Shown: one piece after another, positions 55,070 to 59,089 of the stretch
Position numbering within the stretch: position 1 is the first letter of the stretch
Layout of the letters: every line of letters begins with the position of its first letter
Virus record (IMG/VR): IMGVR_UViG_3300012936_000014
Location: 1 to 59,089 of that record
Direction: 5' to 3' (one strand)
Source: a virus
Taxonomy: Duplodnaviria > Caudoviricetes
DNA length: 59,089 bases
The notes under the pieces: generated by a model
Database searches by the model: none
Told to the model about the DNA's origin: nothing
Seen by the model: the letters and a program-made list of their open reading frames with translations, nothing else
Translations under genes and position numbers: made by a program

Positions 55070-55094
55070 GTTTACTCCTATGCTAAATATTTAT

Positions 55095-55502
55095 ATGCAG
55101 GACGCTTATACCAGTGCCTTTTACGGTATAATACGCGATACTCAAGATAAGCATGGATATGAATTACCAGAACATCTTGAGGCATATATCGTTATGCTTC
55201 TTGCACACCATGTTGATCGTCCTAATTTTGAACCTACCACAAGTTTTGCTGAACAATACCTACAACTCAGTTCCCGTATGAATGCAAAAACACTAGGTGA
55301 CACTTGTCTTTTTGTAACAGGTGTGTTTCCAAATTATAGAAAGATGAAAAGATCATATTATCAATCTATCGGAATAGGGTCTTACAATAGTATGAGCGGC
55401 GAACTATTTGAACAGCTCGCCACGCATTTTAATTTTCTAGGTGATTTTATAGATCTTAGTCTACGTTCTTCCAAACGTGAACTGAATAACCTTTTCCGTT
55501 AG
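55095..55502 (+). CDS. Hypothetical protein
   Basis: Start moved to MQDAYT, 5 nt after TAAATA; LGDTCLFVTGVFP. Confidence 0.65.
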   Translation: MQDAYTSAFYGIIRDTQDKHGYELPEHLEAYIVMLLAHHVDRPNFEPTTSFAEQYLQLSSRMNAKTLGDTCLFVTGVFPNYRKMKRSYYQSIGIGSYNSMSGELFEQLATHFNFLGDFIDLSLRSSKRELNNLFR

Positions 55503-56154
55503 TGTCGCCACCACTATTATCAATTTCAACTCCGTCATATTCAATCGAAGAAATTGTATCGTCTCCATTTAGATATTCCGAAGTATAAATTTTTAGTTTC
55601 TTAGGATCGAATTCTCCTACAGTCTCTATTACACCGTCAAAGAACCCTCCTTTTTCTGCACTCCAAAATTGTAGCACATACTCGGGCTCATCAACTTCAT
55701 CAACACCCATATCTAAATCAACTTCGTTGTCATCTACCCATTCTGATAAATCTTCGCTACCAACTACCTCTGCAACATAAGATGAGTTATAATCATAGCT
55801 GTCTACCTCATCAATAGAAATATTTGCACTAGAATAATCAACACCCCATTGGTGTGTAAATCCTGTAGGTGATTCAAACCAAGGTCGAGGACCATCTTCA
55901 TCGTTAAGAAATTTCATAGATTCATCCAGTTCAGATATATGTTCGAAATCAAAATCTTCGTCTTCTGCACTTACGCAATAGTTTACTACATCACCATCGC
56001 CATTTTCTTCAATTTGATTATTCCAAAATTCATATTGATCTTTTGTAAGACTTAGGTATTCTGCTTCACCACCGTATCCGCTGATTGAAATACGATAAAA
56101 CCTTGGTCCTTTGATAGTTTCTACTAGCTCTTGTTTTTCTTCTGAAGTTGCCAT
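55456..56154 (-). CDS. Highly acidic hypothetical protein
   Basis: 232-aa Asp/Glu-rich ORF with GGAG SD. Confidence 0.7.
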   Translation of the reverse strand: MATSEEKQELVETIKGPRFYRISISGYGGEAEYLSLTKDQYEFWNNQIEENGDGDVVNYCVSAEDEDFDFEHISELDESMKFLNDEDGPRPWFESPTGFTHQWGVDYSSANISIDEVDSYDYNSSYVAEVVGSEDLSEWVDDNEVDLDMGVDEVDEPEYVLQFWSAEKGGFFDGVIETVGEFDPKKLKIYTSEYLNGDDTISSIEYDGVEIDNSGGDTNGKGYSVHVWKNVD

Positions 56155-56697
56155 TTATATCTCCATATCGGCTGCCACAATAAAACGATCTTTTTTACTT
56201 GACAGTATTCCTGGCCTATGCCACGTTTTACCCGGAAAGATTATCCAATTGCCTACTCGCATTTCAGCAAAATACTTTCCACCATTATCTACTCCGCCCG
56301 GAGCAAATTCTGTACCTGATGTGCTTACATCTACTGTATCATCAGGCTTATTCAAATAATAGACACCACTGACAACTAAGTTTTGTTCTCTTACATGTTG
56401 ATGCCAGTAAGTGTCTCTATTTTCTTGAGTATCTAGATTGGTCATATATCCCCAACTCTTAATACTTTTGATCTGAGCTTCCTTGCCCATAAATGCAAAG
56501 CACGACCAAATAAAACTCATTTTTAAATTGATCCAATGATCTGAATTCAAACCAAATATGTTTATATTAGTTTGATAGGGAGGACTGTTATGCCAAAACT
56601 TTCCTGCTTTGACAGTGTTTTCAATATCTCGAATCATACATTGCCGAGATTGCTCGGGAATCAAACTTGTCCAATCATAACACTCGTGTATCTGCAT
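56155..56697 (-). CDS. 2OG-Fe(II) oxygenase-like protein
   Basis: YWHQH, SGVYYL, IFPGKTWHRP, RFIVA. Confidence 0.7.
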   Translation of the reverse strand: MQIHECYDWTSLIPEQSRQCMIRDIENTVKAGKFWHNSPPYQTNINIFGLNSDHWINLKMSFIWSCFAFMGKEAQIKSIKSWGYMTNLDTQENRDTYWHQHVREQNLVVSGVYYLNKPDDTVDVSTSGTEFAPGGVDNGGKYFAEMRVGNWIIFPGKTWHRPGILSSKKDRFIVAADMEI

Positions 56698-57230
56698 TAC
56701 GCACCGTTTAGATATGCAACACAGTTTTCAGGGGTAGTTTGCTCATAAGGATCATCATCTGATCCTTCATTGTTGATTCCTGGCTCCTGCCACCATTTTT
56801 CAACAACACCGTCATTTAAGATACACATGTATCTCCATGAACGCATACCAAATCCTAAATGGTTCTTGCCAATTAGCATACCCATAAAACGTGTAAAGTT
56901 TCCTGATCCATCTGGAATTACTTTTACGTTTTTGATATCTTGGGCTTTTGCCCATGCATTCATTACAAATGCATCGTTTACAGAAATACAGTAAACTTCG
57001 TCGATATCTTGATTACGGATTGCATCATAATTTTTTTCAAATCCTGGTAGTTGATATGTAGAGCAAGTAGGTGTAAATGCACCCGGCAAACTAAACAACA
57101 CTACACGTTTACCTTTGAATAAACTATCGCTAGTTACATCCTGCCAGCGAAATGGGTTAGGACCATCTATACTTTCGTCTCTAACCCTTGTGCGAAAAGT
57201 CACACATGGAGGTCTTAAACCTTCAATCAT
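56697..57230 (-). CDS. Peroxiredoxin (Prx5/redoxin family)
   Basis: LPGAFTPTCS, SVNDAFVMNAW, DGSGNFT, RSWRY. Confidence 0.93.
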   Translation of the reverse strand: MIEGLRPPCVTFRTRVRDESIDGPNPFRWQDVTSDSLFKGKRVVLFSLPGAFTPTCSTYQLPGFEKNYDAIRNQDIDEVYCISVNDAFVMNAWAKAQDIKNVKVIPDGSGNFTRFMGMLIGKNHLGFGMRSWRYMCILNDGVVEKWWQEPGINNEGSDDDPYEQTTPENCVAYLNGA

Positions 57231-57256
57231 AATATTAGTCTCCTAAGTTATTTTTT

Positions 57257-57285
57257 ATATTAGCAAATTTTTGTGAGAAAGTCAA
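57257..57285 (-). promoter_or_regulatory. Sigma70-type promoter for peroxiredoxin
   Basis: TTGACT-N17-TAATAT. Confidence 0.6.
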
Positions 57286-57346
57286 CCTAAATATACCAAG
57301 TTAATTGCTAAATACTTATAAGCAGAGCGTGAGGGCGTTTTGAAAT

Positions 57347-57625
57347 ATGGACTTTTTATCTTTTATAGGAGAAGTGGGCTTTCCTATTGCGGGGGCGATA
57401 GCCGCAGGCTTCTTCGTATTTACAACACTTAAATTTATCCTAAGCAGTGTCACGGGTTCAGTGAACGGTTTAAAAAACATTATAGGTGCTTTAGATAATA
57501 GAGTCCAAACAATGAATAATGATCTAGTTAAAATAGATGCATTACTTAGTTATGTCCTCAACACAAGACCAAACATAGATCGACTAGCTGCCAATGAAGG
57601 CAAGGAGGATGCACGACGTGACTAG
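57347..57625 (+). CDS. Single-TM coiled-coil protein (paralog A)
   Basis: GFPIAGAIAAGFFVF TM segment; LDNRVQTMNNDL. Confidence 0.75.
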   Translation: MDFLSFIGEVGFPIAGAIAAGFFVFTTLKFILSSVTGSVNGLKNIIGALDNRVQTMNNDLVKIDALLSYVLNTRPNIDRLAANEGKEDARRD

Positions 57626-57950
57626 TGAATTAGCTACAGCTATCAAAGACTTTGGATTTCCAATAGTCGCGGCATGTGGATTAGGCTATTTTGTTTTTTA
57701 TGTTTGGAAATGGGTAACCACAGAAATACAACCTGTCATTGGTGAAGCAAGCTCTACACTAATTAAATTAGTTGATAGAGTACGAATGCTTGACAACGAT
57801 ATGATTAGATTAAATATGAAGTTGTCAATGGTGTTAGAATATAGAGCTAAACTGAATCCCCAAAGACAAAATGAATTACAAAGATTAGTTGACGAATATA
57901 AGTCACAAAACGAGCAATTTAATAGTACAGGGGAAAAAGATGCAAAATAA
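57618..57950 (+). CDS. Single-TM coiled-coil protein (paralog B)
   Basis: GTG start after AAGGAGG; GFPIVAACGLGYFVF; LVDRVRMLDNDM. Confidence 0.75.
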   Translation: MTSELATAIKDFGFPIVAACGLGYFVFYVWKWVTTEIQPVIGEASSTLIKLVDRVRMLDNDMIRLNMKLSMVLEYRAKLNPQRQNELQRLVDEYKSQNEQFNSTGEKDAK

Positions 57951-58119
57951 AAACTTTGTTAAATCCTATGCTGGCATCATTAAGGATCCAAAAGGGCAAA
58001 AAATATTAGAAAGAAATTTTCATTTTTTTAAGTTGAAATCTTCAGAGGAAAAAATGCGTGTAATCAAACGTAATTTTGGCGTCAATGTTTACATACCGGA
58101 GAATGAAGATGCAGGGTGA
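57940..58119 (+). CDS. Small basic hypothetical protein
   Basis: MQNKNFVKSY...; overlaps the end of paralog B. Confidence 0.5.
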   Translation: MQNKNFVKSYAGIIKDPKGQKILERNFHFFKLKSSEEKMRVIKRNFGVNVYIPENEDAG

Positions 58120-58234
58120 AGAAAGAACATGTAAAAAATGTGGACACGGTTGCCACTGCTATCAACCAACTTGTGAGGAGTGTGTAAATGACGTCTGCAC
58201 AGGATGTGACTGCGAAAAGCCCAATTCCAATTGA
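58109..58234 (+). CDS. 41-aa metallothionein-like Cys-rich peptide (not in the ORF track)
   Basis: MQGEERTCKKCGHGCHCYQPTCEECVNDVCTGCDCEKPNSN (9 Cys, 2 His); GGAG SD. Confidence 0.65.
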   Translation: MQGEERTCKKCGHGCHCYQPTCEECVNDVCTGCDCEKPNSN

Positions 58235-58352
58235 GCATTACGTAGAAAAAATTAAGGAGCACGAAGCTCGTCGTGCAAGTTGGAACGAGCGCATGGAATA
58301 TTGGAGAAATTATCGTGAACAAATGGAGTTCATGGCTAGACAGCCAAAATGA
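58206..58352 (+). CDS. 48-aa hypothetical protein (not in the ORF track)
   Basis: GTG start; MTAKSPIPIEHYVEKIKEHEARRASW... Confidence 0.4.
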   Translation: MTAKSPIPIEHYVEKIKEHEARRASWNERMEYWRNYREQMEFMARQPK

Positions 58353-58438
58353 TGCAACTAGGGCGTACTTTGAAACGCAAATGAAAAATGATAATCCGAT
58401 TATCTATATGAGTATGGGTATTGGTTTCTTGTTTGGGT

Positions 58439-58639
58439 TTATTGTCGGCGCATTAGTTTTGCTTTAATATCACTAAGTCCAGGTTCTTCTTTTTTAATGT
58501 TAGGTGCCGGCGGAGCCTTATGACCTAACTTCATTTGCATTGCACTGATCCGTAGACGTATATTTTGCACACGTTCTTCTATAGTTGTACAAGCCGCATA
58601 TCCTTTAGCTAAACTGTCTAATCTTTCTTCTAGTGTCAT
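58439..58639 (-). CDS. Hypothetical protein
   Basis: MTLEERLDSL; ATGA overlap with the cyclase gene. Confidence 0.6.
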   Translation of the reverse strand: MTLEERLDSLAKGYAACTTIEERVQNIRLRISAMQMKLGHKAPPAPNIKKEEPGLSDIKAKLMRRQ

Positions 58640-59089
58640 TTTGTTGCCGCCACAAATACACCATTCCAATCTTTGGGTAGATCTTGTGTCTTCATATATT
58701 CACAACGTTCAATCCACATATTATAATAACCTTCTAACTTGTGATCAAAGTGTCCTTTAAGCATATTGCATTTTACAATAGCGTCATCAAATCGTTGAGC
58801 TTGATAATCTTCATGCATTTGTGTATGTTTCTTTTGTGCAGATGCCCACGCAGGACCTACATCGTCTAGCACAGTATAAATTGCAAGACCTACACTCTTT
58901 CCTTTTACTTGCAAATCATCAACTTTTAAATAAAAGAAATCATCTTTGGTTGCTTCATAAGTGTTTTCGCCTACTAACAGTAAGCAACCATATTCCTTAC
59001 ATTTAGATTCAATACGTGCCGCTGTACTTACAGCATCCCCGAGAACATCATAACTATGTCTGGCTGTTGACCCCATTTCACCAAGATAG
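58636..59089 (-). CDS. Class III adenylate/guanylate cyclase, C-terminal part (5' end outside the window)
   Basis: GEMGS...SYDVLGDAVSTAARIES, VKGK, followed by a TPR-like helical tail and WNGVF. Confidence 0.85.
   Translation of the reverse strand, partial: YLGEMGSTARHSYDVLGDAVSTAARIESKCKEYGCLLLVGENTYEATKDDFFYLKVDDLQVKGKSVGLAIYTVLDDVGPAWASAQKKHTQMHEDYQAQRFDDAIVKCNMLKGHFDHKLEGYYNMWIERCEYMKTQDLPKDWNGVFVAATK

Overview
AT-rich 59 kb segment of a large tailed dsDNA (T4-like/jumbo) bacteriophage genome, almost entirely encoded on the minus strand in the standard genetic code. An overlapping spanin pair indicates a Gram-negative host. From left to right it holds: the truncated end of a fibre gene; proteostasis genes (ClpA, peptide deformylase, DnaJ); a lysis cassette (holin-like proteins, i/o-spanins, GH19 endolysin); PhoH, ThyX, 2OG-Fe(II) oxygenases, parvulin, ferredoxin, clamp loader, BI-1/YccA, MazG-like, GroES and a DnaE fragment; a virion module (Ig-repeat protein, S8 protease, 2748-aa fibre/baseplate protein); IscA, UvsE, QueD and DNA ligase; six canonical tRNAs plus one atypical tRNA; ClpP, TilS, peroxiredoxin and a truncated class III nucleotide cyclase. 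The most striking locus is 41.9-43.3 kb. First, there is an apparent ribosome-coupled transcription attenuator: its 15-aa leader peptide (MIKTNTTNITCWPPS) carries adjacent Cys-Trp codons and it sits directly in front of the tRNA-Trp and tRNA-Cys genes. Second, an Asn/Asp-tRNA-synthetase catalytic-core-only gene is followed 4 nt later by a 101-nt tRNA with a Leu-type body, a long variable arm, a GUU anticodon, U1-A72 and G73. Many genes also appear to be transcribed as leaderless mRNAs. All calls come from reading the sequence by eye; no searches were run.
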